Shown: positions 15,872-23,490 of the stretch, piece by piece
Numbering within the stretch: position 1 is the first letter of the stretch
Layout of the letters: each line of letters opens with the position of its first letter
From: Candidatus Nealsonbacteria bacterium
GTDB taxonomy: Bacteria; Patescibacteriota; Minisyncoccia; Minisyncoccales; MHMH01
DNA length: 32,000 bases
NCBI GenBank assembly: GCA_043813805.1
Contig: JBDRKR010000018.1
Span: 3,289-35,288 of the forward strand
Reading direction: 5' to 3'
Program-made: the position numbers and the translations under genes
Notes under the pieces: generated by a model
What the model was told of the DNA's origin: nothing
The model's input: the letters and a program-made list of their open reading frames with translations, nothing else
Databases searched by the model: none

Positions 15872-16993
15872 CGTCAAATAGTTGATGATATAGCCGGCGA
15901 TGATTTTGGCTGAATCGATTCGCGAAAACTCTTTGGCCCGCTGGGACATTTTTTGAAGCTCATCGGGATTCGCGAACAAGTACTTTATTTTTTCCAAAAA
16001 GAACCGCGGCGTTAAGTTTGCTTCTTCCATCACTACGGCCGTTTTATTCTGGGCGTAAGCGTAAGCGTTTTTCAATTGATGGTCTTGCGCCGAAGACGAC
16101 AAAGGAATTAAAATGCTCGGTTTTTGGCATGCTGCGATTTCAAAAATACTGCCGCCCCCTGCTCGACTGATCACCAGATCGCACGCTTTGAAGGCGTCCC
16201 TCAGTTCAACTTCTTTCAAAAAGCCGATGGGGTGATAACGTCGGGCAAGTTTTTCATCAACAACCATCACCTTGGCTTCGGCTTTCAGCTGCTCTATATT
16301 TTTACTGCCCGTTTGGTGGATGATTTCAAAGTCGGTCAAAAGCTGGGGCAAAATTGCGAGCAGCAAGTCATTGACGGCTTGAGCCCCTTGAGAGCCGCCC
16401 AGTACCAGAATAATGGGTTTTTCTCCGGTTAAATCAAAGTATTCTTTGGCCTTTTCTGCATTGCCGTTCAAAAGTTCAACGCGCATGGGGTTGCCCACGG
16501 CAATCATTTTTTCTTCTGAAAAGTATTCGGTTTGAGCTATGGGGAAGGCGACGAAAATCTGCCGGGTGAATTTACTCATAAACTTATTGGCCAATCCCGG
16601 AGCCACGTCTGATTCGTGAAGGATAATCGGCACCTGTAAGACTTGGCCGGTCAAAACCGTAGCAAGCGAGCCGTAACCCCCCTTGCTGAAAATTAAATCC
16701 GGAGCCAAAGTAAAAACATAAAAGAACGATTGGAAAAATCCCAGAGGCATTTTGAATAAAACATCAATAATATTTTGCAGGATATTTTTCCAGCCCAAAT
16801 ATCTCCTGATTTTGCCGGCTAAAATCCATTTTATTCTGATGCCTTCCTGTGAAAGGATAATTTCTCCGAAATCATCTTTCGGTCCGGCATAAAAGAATTC
16901 GGCGTCAGAGCCCATTTTTCTCAATTCTCTGACGATGGCGATAATCGGGAAGATGTGTCCGGCGGTGCCTCCGCCGGTAAAAAGTATTTTCAT
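15866..16993 (-). CDS. murG: UDP-GlcNAc:lipid I N-acetylglucosaminyltransferase
   Basis: MKILFTGGGTAGHIFPIIAI N-terminus and GGSQGA, typical of MurG. dcw context. Confidence 0.93.
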   Translation of the reverse strand: MKILFTGGGTAGHIFPIIAIVRELRKMGSDAEFFYAGPKDDFGEIILSQEGIRIKWILAGKIRRYLGWKNILQNIIDVLFKMPLGFFQSFFYVFTLAPDLIFSKGGYGSLATVLTGQVLQVPIILHESDVAPGLANKFMSKFTRQIFVAFPIAQTEYFSEEKMIAVGNPMRVELLNGNAEKAKEYFDLTGEKPIILVLGGSQGAQAVNDLLLAILPQLLTDFEIIHQTGSKNIEQLKAEAKVMVVDEKLARRYHPIGFLKEVELRDAFKACDLVISRAGGGSIFEIAACQKPSILIPLSSSAQDHQLKNAYAYAQNKTAVVMEEANLTPRFFLEKIKYLFANPDELQKMSQRAKEFSRIDSAKIIAGYIINYLTR

Positions 16994-18084
16994 GATTTGG
17001 TGTGTTTAGAAATATTAAGCAAAATTCCAACGCCGACCAGCTCTGTCACGAGAGCCGACCCGCCGTAGCTGACAAACGGCAAGGGAACGCCGGTAAGCGG
17101 CAGAATTTTCAGCATGGCGCCGATGTTGATAAAGGCCTGGACGCTCAACCAGCTGATAATACCTAAAGCGGTCAGTTTCTCAAAATTGTTTTTGGCATTT
17201 TTGGCGATTTTAAATCCTAACCAGGTAATAATTAAAAATAGCGAGATGATCACCAGGCAGCCGACAAAGCCCGTTTCTTCGGCAAAGACGGCGAAAATCG
17301 AATCGGCCATCGGTTCGGGCAAATAGCCGAACTTCTGGACGCTCATCCCCAAGCCCGTGCCGAAAATTCCTCCCGATCCCACGGCGATCAGCGCTTGTTT
17401 GGTTTGCAAACCGACACCCATCGGATCTTTATCCAGATTGAAAAGAACCAAAAACCTGTCTAAACGGTAAGAGGCGGTTTTAACAAAAACAACCAAGCCG
17501 GCCATTCCCCCCAAAAGAATGATGGCCGCATGTTTTAAGGGCGTACCGGCCAGAAAATACATTAAAAATCCGGTAGTCATAATTATCCCAAGAGTTCCCA
17601 CGTCCGGCTGAAAGAATAAGAGCAACGTGATTGTTCCGATGATTGCCAAAAAAGCCGCTAAAGTTTTTGTAAATTCTTTTTTAGTTCTTTCCGTCTGCGC
17701 GGACAACAGCGAAGCCAGATAAAGAATAAAGATTAATTTTAATGATTCAGCCGGCTGAAAGGTGGTGAAGCCTAAATTGAGCCAACTTTTGGCATTGCCC
17801 AATTTAATGCCGATCACTGGCACAAAAACCAGCACCATCAGAAAAAGATTGATTAAAAGCAGGAGCGGCACCCATTTTTTTAAGCGCATCAGGGGCGCTT
17901 TGTAAGCGATAAATCCGAAGATTACTCCCGGTATCAGGCCCAAAAAAAGATGGCGGATAAGATAAAAAACTGAAGAACCGAATTTCTGCTGGGCGATAGC
18001 CGCCGTGACGCTCGTAATAATCGAAATGCCCAATAACACTAAACAAGCCACCGCGGCGATTAAAAAATAATCAGACCTTTTCAT
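16990..18084 (-). CDS. ftsW: SEDS family peptidoglycan glycosyltransferase (FtsW by position)
   Basis: Ten-TM-type protein with QPAESLK, GLGMSVQKFGYLPEPMADSIFAV and PLPFVSYGGSAL motifs. Located between murD and murG. Confidence 0.9.
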   Translation of the reverse strand: MKRSDYFLIAAVACLVLLGISIITSVTAAIAQQKFGSSVFYLIRHLFLGLIPGVIFGFIAYKAPLMRLKKWVPLLLLINLFLMVLVFVPVIGIKLGNAKSWLNLGFTTFQPAESLKLIFILYLASLLSAQTERTKKEFTKTLAAFLAIIGTITLLLFFQPDVGTLGIIMTTGFLMYFLAGTPLKHAAIILLGGMAGLVVFVKTASYRLDRFLVLFNLDKDPMGVGLQTKQALIAVGSGGIFGTGLGMSVQKFGYLPEPMADSIFAVFAEETGFVGCLVIISLFLIITWLGFKIAKNAKNNFEKLTALGIISWLSVQAFINIGAMLKILPLTGVPLPFVSYGGSALVTELVGVGILLNISKHTKS

Positions 18085-18090
18085 ACGTTT

Positions 18091-18765
18091 TCATTTTAAC
18101 AGATATTTTTCAAGTAAGCGACTGATGTGCTCTCTGAATCCTATTTGCTCTTTAATGGAGTTATAAACTTCAAGGGCAATTATTTTCCCGAAGGCGTATT
18201 GGGGCAAAGTGGTTAAATAATCAAAAGAACCTAAGTCTTTAACGAGATGAATGTCTTTCATCTCCGAGGGGTCGTAACCGTTAAGATGATTGCACGCGAT
18301 TTCTGCCCGGTTTTTTTTGAAAAAGATGTAAGACGCCTCTTCCGTTCCTCGGCTTATAGCCGCTTTAAAGTGCGCCAGGTCCACGCAAAATCCGCCGATT
18401 CTTCTTACTTTGACGTCTTTGGCGATCTCATCGTTAAAATTCATTTCGAGATAGAGCTTGTCCCAGTAACCTTTCCACTGATTGAGTTTTTTAAAATGGT
18501 CTTCATGGATGTTAAAATACCTGGTTTTGAACCGGTCGATGAAAAACTTCATTTCTTCTTTCCGAACATCGTCCCGTAAATGCACAAAAGGCACGGTTTT
18601 TACCGTTGATTTCAAAAGCAGACGATAAAAATTATCCCTTTCTTTTTTATCAAAAGATTCCAGAAATACGGCTATTTCGCCTATTTTTCTGGCGTTGATT
18701 TCCTTGAGTTTGTTTGCCCAATCAAAACTTTCTTGGCCGGTGATGCTTAAGAGAATTTTAGTCAT
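18091..18765 (-). CDS. Uncharacterised protein, endonuclease IV / xylose-isomerase-like TIM-barrel metal-site pattern (paralogue B)
   Basis: Paralogue of 5461-6162. Overlaps the murD stop by 8 nt (ATGACTAA) and ends 6 nt before ftsW. Conserved VHLRDD, FNIH, YLEMNF, GGFCVDLAH, CNHLNG, DIH, IALE. Confidence 0.6.
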   Translation of the reverse strand: MTKILLSITGQESFDWANKLKEINARKIGEIAVFLESFDKKERDNFYRLLLKSTVKTVPFVHLRDDVRKEEMKFFIDRFKTRYFNIHEDHFKKLNQWKGYWDKLYLEMNFNDEIAKDVKVRRIGGFCVDLAHFKAAISRGTEEASYIFFKKNRAEIACNHLNGYDPSEMKDIHLVKDLGSFDYLTTLPQYAFGKIIALEVYNSIKEQIGFREHISRLLEKYLLK

Positions 18766-19990
18766 GGTATTTTTCCACCATTTTTTTAAATATATTCCCT
18801 CTTTCAGCGTAATCCTTAAAAATGCCGAAGCTCGGCGAGGCCGGCGACATCAGGCATATTTTATCTTTGCCGGTATGTTGGTACGCCAGCTTTACCGCCG
18901 TCGCCATATTTTTTACAAAAAAATATTGGAAATTGGAAATTGGAAATTGGAAATTTTCGATGGCTTTAATGATTCGTGCACCGGTAGTTGGAAATAAAAT
19001 AAGCGTTTTTATATCGCTCTTGAGTAGTCTTTTTGCTAAGCCATCGAACGATAGTCCCCTGTCAAATCCGCCCAAGATTAAGGTTTGAACTTCGTTTCCG
19101 AGAAAGTCCAGAGCTTCGATGGTTGTTTCAGGTATGGTCGATAAAGAATCGTTGTAAAACTCAATTCCTTTGAATTTGCCGACATACTCTAAGCGGTGCG
19201 GCAGGAATTCAAACTTTTTTAACTCGGGCACTTTGAATATCTTGGCCACGGCTTTGGCCGCCGCGATATCGAGTTCGTAATACTTTCCTTTAATGGGGGC
19301 TTTCTTTGCTTTTGATGTTTTGGCTATTTTTCCGACCTCTTTGTCTTGGGAATTATATATCAGATAATCGTTTTTGGTTTGGAATTTCGCGATGTTAGAT
19401 TTGGCTCCTGCGTATTCTTTGAAATTGCGGTAATAGTCCAAGTGCTCCGGGTAGATGTTCAGCAAAATGGCAATTTTAGGACTTTTTTTCAAGTTATAGA
19501 GTTGGTGCGCCGACAATTCGTAGACAAAAATTGATTGAGGTTCAGCCTCGTTTAAAAAGGAAAGGACGGGCTGGCCGATGTTGCCTATCAAATGGGCTTT
19601 GAGGCCCGCTTTTTTCAGCGTTTGGTAAATAAAAGAGGCGGTGGTGCTTTTACCCTTGGTGCCCGTCACCCCGATGATTGTCCCGGGGCAGTTATCAAAA
19701 AAAATATCAGTTTGCGTGATTATCTTGTCGAGGCTCGACTCCGGCAATATTTTAAAAGGAATGCCCGGCGTTTTAATAATTACATCATAATCCTTAATCG
19801 AGCTGAGATAGCTCTTCCCCAAATGCCATTTTATGTTTTTATCAGATGAAAGAGGTTTGACCTCTGTCATATCGGCGATGCCCAGAACTTTTTTTGGGAA
19901 CAATTTACGCAGAAACTTAAAAGTGTCTTGGCCCTCCCGGCCAAAACCAAGTATCAATATCTTTTTATCTTTTAACTCGTTTGATTCCAT
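18758..19990 (-). CDS. murD: UDP-N-acetylmuramoyl-L-alanine--glutamate ligase
   Basis: KILILGFGREG Rossmann start, GVTGTKGKSTT P-loop, C-terminal LMSPASPSFGIFKDYAERG. Confidence 0.92.
   Translation of the reverse strand: MESNELKDKKILILGFGREGQDTFKFLRKLFPKKVLGIADMTEVKPLSSDKNIKWHLGKSYLSSIKDYDVIIKTPGIPFKILPESSLDKIITQTDIFFDNCPGTIIGVTGTKGKSTTASFIYQTLKKAGLKAHLIGNIGQPVLSFLNEAEPQSIFVYELSAHQLYNLKKSPKIAILLNIYPEHLDYYRNFKEYAGAKSNIAKFQTKNDYLIYNSQDKEVGKIAKTSKAKKAPIKGKYYELDIAAAKAVAKIFKVPELKKFEFLPHRLEYVGKFKGIEFYNDSLSTIPETTIEALDFLGNEVQTLILGGFDRGLSFDGLAKRLLKSDIKTLILFPTTGARIIKAIENFQFPISNFQYFFVKNMATAVKLAYQHTGKDKICLMSPASPSFGIFKDYAERGNIFKKMVEKYHD
18925..18955. repeat. Heptanucleotide tandem repeat (ATTGGAA x 4.4) inside murD
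   Basis: Reads attggaaattggaaattggaaattggaaatt. It is translated on the minus strand as ENFQFPISNFQY. Confidence 0.9.
19844..19872. repeat. Copy of the 29-nt palindromic hairpin element inside the murD coding sequence
   Basis: AGATGAAAGAGG-TTTGA-CCTCTGTCATAT. It matches 21394-21422 at 26 of 29 positions, with the first 20 nt identical. Encodes DMTEVKPLSSD of MurD. Confidence 0.8.
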
Positions 19991-21323
19991 CGTATTTCTG
20001 CAAAAGATAGGGGAGGCTTTGGCCTCCTTCTTTTTTCGCCTTAGCCAAACTTAAACGCAAAGCTTCGTTGGTTTCTCGATAAGTGCCAACGCATTCAAAG
20101 GGTTTGTGTTTTCCCTGCCCAAGTAAGCTTTTTAGAGTAGACAGTAAACTTTTTTCTTCAAAGAGGTCTTTACCGAAAATCACCAGAAGTTGTTTTCTGG
20201 TTAAAAAAGGATAAAGCATCAGGTAAACAAAAAGGCACTTAGGGCAATAGCCGCACCATTTTTCCCCGGTTTTCAATCCCTTATTGCAGCTGGAAAAAGC
20301 CGGAAAATACTTCGGGTATTTCGCGAACATTTTGGCGATCTGCAGTTCCGTGTATTTTCTTAGATAACTGAAATAGTTTATGTTTTTCGCCAAATATTTT
20401 TGGCTATAAATCCTAAACATCTTTTCAAACTCGGATGTTTTCGCCCATTGGTGATTGATGGATTTCCCAAAATATATCACATTGCCTTCATTGGCGCTTT
20501 TTTCGTTGGAGAAAGCAATGTTTTTGTAATCAAATAAAACGGCGCAAAAAACCGATAAGAACGAAAGAACGGCGGTAAAAGGAGTGTGGCCGTTAAGATA
20601 TCCCTTGGCGTTTAAAGTCAGAAGTCCTTGGTCGATTTTTCTTTCTACTATTATCGGCGATTTAAGGCCGGCTATTTTGACCGTTTTTTTAGCGGCACGG
20701 GAAGGATTAAGCAAAAAGCAGTTTATTCTCTCATCTTTCTCTTTTAAAAGATTTAAAGTAACAATAGAGTCTTTTCCTCCGCCGACAGGTATCAGATAGC
20801 CTTCTTTCAGCTCAAGATCGGTTGTGCCTAAAGCTGGAGCTGAGATGCTCGGGTTAACGCTGATTTTCAGGAAATCAGGTTCCCGCCAGTCAATTTTATT
20901 CTCGTAGAAAAATTGACCCATGCTCTTGATTATCAGGTTGCGCCACCAGGCCGCCTGATCTTTATCTGGAGCTCCGGCTCTGATAATAATTTCAGGCGAG
21001 CATGTTGTTTTCCAGTAGCTTGGTATTTCCATCAGTCCCAGATGAAAAACGAAGTTGTTTAAGGCTTTTTTATCTAAATGCGAAGCATTCAAGGTTTCTG
21101 TCGAAGACAGGGCTCTTATTTTTCCCAGGCGGCCTTCGGGAATGTTTTTAATGACGATCCTTGGCTTGAAGACAATATCGGGCTCAATTTTAAAGCAGAA
21201 GGAGATTTTCAAATTGCCACTTTTTATACGGTAAGAGTACTTTTGGTAAATGAACGCCGGGTATTTTTTGCGCAAAGTATCCAGTTTCCTATGAAGTGAA
21301 AACGCAGTTTTCATATACCCCAT
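19965..21323 (-). CDS. PP-loop ATP-pyrophosphatase-like protein in the dcw cluster (candidate MurL-type UDP-MurNAc-L-Ala-L-Glu epimerase)
   Basis: IPVGGGKDS PP-loop-like motif and C-terminal CGYCPKC Cys motif. 452 aa. Overlaps the murD start by 26 nt. The start may be the second ATG at 21314, because the first ATG overlaps a TATAAT box. Confidence 0.55.
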   Translation of the reverse strand: MGYMKTAFSLHRKLDTLRKKYPAFIYQKYSYRIKSGNLKISFCFKIEPDIVFKPRIVIKNIPEGRLGKIRALSSTETLNASHLDKKALNNFVFHLGLMEIPSYWKTTCSPEIIIRAGAPDKDQAAWWRNLIIKSMGQFFYENKIDWREPDFLKISVNPSISAPALGTTDLELKEGYLIPVGGGKDSIVTLNLLKEKDERINCFLLNPSRAAKKTVKIAGLKSPIIVERKIDQGLLTLNAKGYLNGHTPFTAVLSFLSVFCAVLFDYKNIAFSNEKSANEGNVIYFGKSINHQWAKTSEFEKMFRIYSQKYLAKNINYFSYLRKYTELQIAKMFAKYPKYFPAFSSCNKGLKTGEKWCGYCPKCLFVYLMLYPFLTRKQLLVIFGKDLFEEKSLLSTLKSLLGQGKHKPFECVGTYRETNEALRLSLAKAKKEGGQSLPYLLQKYDGIKRVKR

Positions 21324-21351
21324 TATACCCCGTCCATCCGTAGCCCCGCAA
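21322..21351 (-). promoter_or_regulatory. Sigma70-type promoter abutting the start of the PP-loop gene
   Basis: Minus strand TTGCGG (21351-21346), 18-nt spacer, TATAAT (21327-21322). The ATG at 21314 lies 7 nt after the -10 box. Confidence 0.45.
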
Positions 21352-21364
21352 GGGGCGAAGGAGG

Positions 21365-21393
21365 AACAAAAACCCGCCTTCGGTCAAAGGCGG
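21365..21393 (-). terminator. Intrinsic terminator after mraY
   Basis: Minus strand CCGCCTT-TGACCG-AAGGCGG followed by GTTTTTGTT. Confidence 0.7.
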
Positions 21394-21422
21394 AGATGAA
21401 AGAGGTTTGACCTTTTTCATCT
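21394..21422. repeat. Copy of the 29-nt palindromic hairpin element (intergenic, just downstream of mraY)
   Basis: AGATGAAAGAGG-TTTGA-CCTTTTTCATCT. The arms are complementary at 11 of 12 positions. Confidence 0.8.
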
Positions 21423-21438
21423 TGGGATTGGAATAGAT

Positions 21439-22512
21439 TTAACCTAAAAGGCGGATGCCTATGCCGATGATGGCGCAAACTACGCCGATGATCCAAAATC
21501 TCATTGTGACTTGGTGGGCGGGCCAGCCCTTGGCCTCGAAGTGATGATGGATGGGTGCGGCTAAAAGTATTTTTTTGTGGCGAAATTTTTTGGAAAGCAA
21601 TTGCAAAATAACCGAGCCCGATTCCAGAACCAGCAAGAACCCGATAATGGGCAATACCAAAACAGAGTCAGTCAAAAAAGCCACGACAGTCAAGGCCGCG
21701 CAAAGACCCATCATGCCGGTTTCCCCCATATAAAAGCGGGCCGGCGGAATATTGAACCACAAAAAAGCCAATAGCGCTCCTAAAATCACGGCGCAGAAAG
21801 CGGCGACATTAATTTGTCCCAGAAATAAAGCGATGCCGGCAAACGCTCCGAAAATGGCGGCGAAAGTTCCGCCGGCGAGGCCGTCCAGGCCGTCAATCAC
21901 TCCGCCCGAATAAACAGCCATCATTACGATAATAAACAAGGGCAGATACAAAATGCCTATTTCGAAATCTCCCATGCCCGGTACGTGCAAACTTGACCAC
22001 CCAAGTTTGTAATAGAACCACCAGGCTCCGACGGCGCCAATGACGCCCATGAGCATAATTCTTTGTCCCAAAGTTAATCCTTTCGCGATGTATTTGCCCC
22101 GGCCCAAGACCTGCAAGAAATCATCTAAAAATCCCACTAAAGCGGCCGAAATTAAAGCAAAAAATGGCAGCCAGGTCTGTCCCCGATTAAGAAAGTTAAG
22201 CTTTTCCAGCCACCAAATGTTGATGCCTGTTTTGTGGATCGCATAAAAAAAGAGAGCCAAAAATAAAGGAACCAGCCAAATTAAGAGGCCCCCGAATCTC
22301 GGAATATGGGTTTCGCCTTCAGAGTGGAACTTTTGGAAGTACGTTAAGTCTTTGCCGTCAATCGCCTGGGTCCTCACAGTCTTTCGCCAAAGCTGGTATT
22401 TATATAAAACTTTGGTCAAAAACGGAGTTAATGCAAAAGCAATTAAAAAACTTAACACTCCCAAGGTGAATATTTTAATGACGTCAAGGGCTGCTTCGGG
22501 TAAGTAGAGCAT
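21439..22512 (-). CDS. mraY: Phospho-N-acetylmuramoyl-pentapeptide transferase
   Basis: Polytopic membrane protein with DDFLQV, GGVIDGLDGLAGG and APIHHHFE motifs. Confidence 0.93.
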   Translation of the reverse strand: MLYLPEAALDVIKIFTLGVLSFLIAFALTPFLTKVLYKYQLWRKTVRTQAIDGKDLTYFQKFHSEGETHIPRFGGLLIWLVPLFLALFFYAIHKTGINIWWLEKLNFLNRGQTWLPFFALISAALVGFLDDFLQVLGRGKYIAKGLTLGQRIMLMGVIGAVGAWWFYYKLGWSSLHVPGMGDFEIGILYLPLFIIVMMAVYSGGVIDGLDGLAGGTFAAIFGAFAGIALFLGQINVAAFCAVILGALLAFLWFNIPPARFYMGETGMMGLCAALTVVAFLTDSVLVLPIIGFLLVLESGSVILQLLSKKFRHKKILLAAPIHHHFEAKGWPAHQVTMRFWIIGVVCAIIGIGIRLLG

Positions 22513-22515
22513 AAA

Positions 22516-23490
22516 TTACCACCGGTAAGCTTCTCTTTCCCAATTAATTAGCTTTTCCATTTCGCTGAAACGGTCAGCCTTAGTCCCTAAAATAACATTG
22601 ATGATCCGCCCCTTGCCATTGGGCGCTTCCACTACCAGGACAAAACAACCAAGGGCCGTGTCGGTATAGCCGGTTTTTCCGCCGATGATTCCGGGAATCA
22701 CTCCCAAAAGCTTATTGGTGCTGATAAGGGTTTCGCCGTAAAGATTGATTTTGGGAGTTGAAAGAATTTCCCAAACCAGAGGGGCTGTAAGCAAATGTTT
22801 CGTCAATTGCGATAAATCGCGGGCGCTGGAAACATTGATCTTTTCTTTTGGTTCCTGAGCTTCCGGGTCAAGGCCGCTTGAATTGACAAAGCGAGTGTTG
22901 CTCAAATTCAGACTTTTAGCGTTTTCATTCATCATTCCGACGAAAACTTTCTCATCTACGCCGTCATAGTCGTTAGCCAGTGCAAATGCGGCGTCGTTGC
23001 TTGATTCCATAAGCAGCGGATAAAGCAGCTGTTGTACGGTTAAAACGTCCCCGATCCTTAATTTTCCAAAATCTTCTTCTTGCGAAACCGCCTCTTTGGT
23101 AATAACAATCTCCTTTGTTAAATCGTAGTTTTTTAAAATAACATCAACTGTCGTCAACTTGCTTAAGCTGGCAATAGGCAGAGCTTCATCAGGGTTTTTT
23201 TCAAAAAGTATTTTTTCTCCGCCCCGATTATTCAATAAAACAGAAATCACGGCTCGGGCCTCAATCTCCGGATTTTCGACGGAATTATTCCGAATGGGTT
23301 TAGCATCTCTTATCAGTTGGATGAATTCCATTTGGTTGGCTTGGGCGGCCAGTATTTTGGGATTTGAAGCGAATTCCCGGCCTAAGAAAAATCCCTCCAA
23401 GTCTTGTTCTAAAAAATTAGCGCCCCACGTTGCGGAAGAAATAAAAACCAAAGCGATCAGGAAAAATTTTAGATTATTGGTAAAAGTCAT
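22516..23490 (-). CDS. Serine-type D-Ala-D-Ala carboxypeptidase (S11, PBP5-like)
   Basis: N-terminal signal/anchor. SxxK (ASLSKLT), SxN (ESSNDAA) and KTG (GKTGYT) motifs in the correct order. Confidence 0.88.
   Translation of the reverse strand: MTFTNNLKFFLIALVFISSATWGANFLEQDLEGFFLGREFASNPKILAAQANQMEFIQLIRDAKPIRNNSVENPEIEARAVISVLLNNRGGEKILFEKNPDEALPIASLSKLTTVDVILKNYDLTKEIVITKEAVSQEEDFGKLRIGDVLTVQQLLYPLLMESSNDAAFALANDYDGVDEKVFVGMMNENAKSLNLSNTRFVNSSGLDPEAQEPKEKINVSSARDLSQLTKHLLTAPLVWEILSTPKINLYGETLISTNKLLGVIPGIIGGKTGYTDTALGCFVLVVEAPNGKGRIINVILGTKADRFSEMEKLINWEREAYRW

Noticed and set aside
18925-18955. The short tandem repeats (7-mer in murD, 8-mers at 1575-1652) as a CRISPR array or minisatellite
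   Set aside because: The units are far too short, there are no spacers, and there are no cas genes. They are better described as a coding microsatellite and as the arms of a hairpin.
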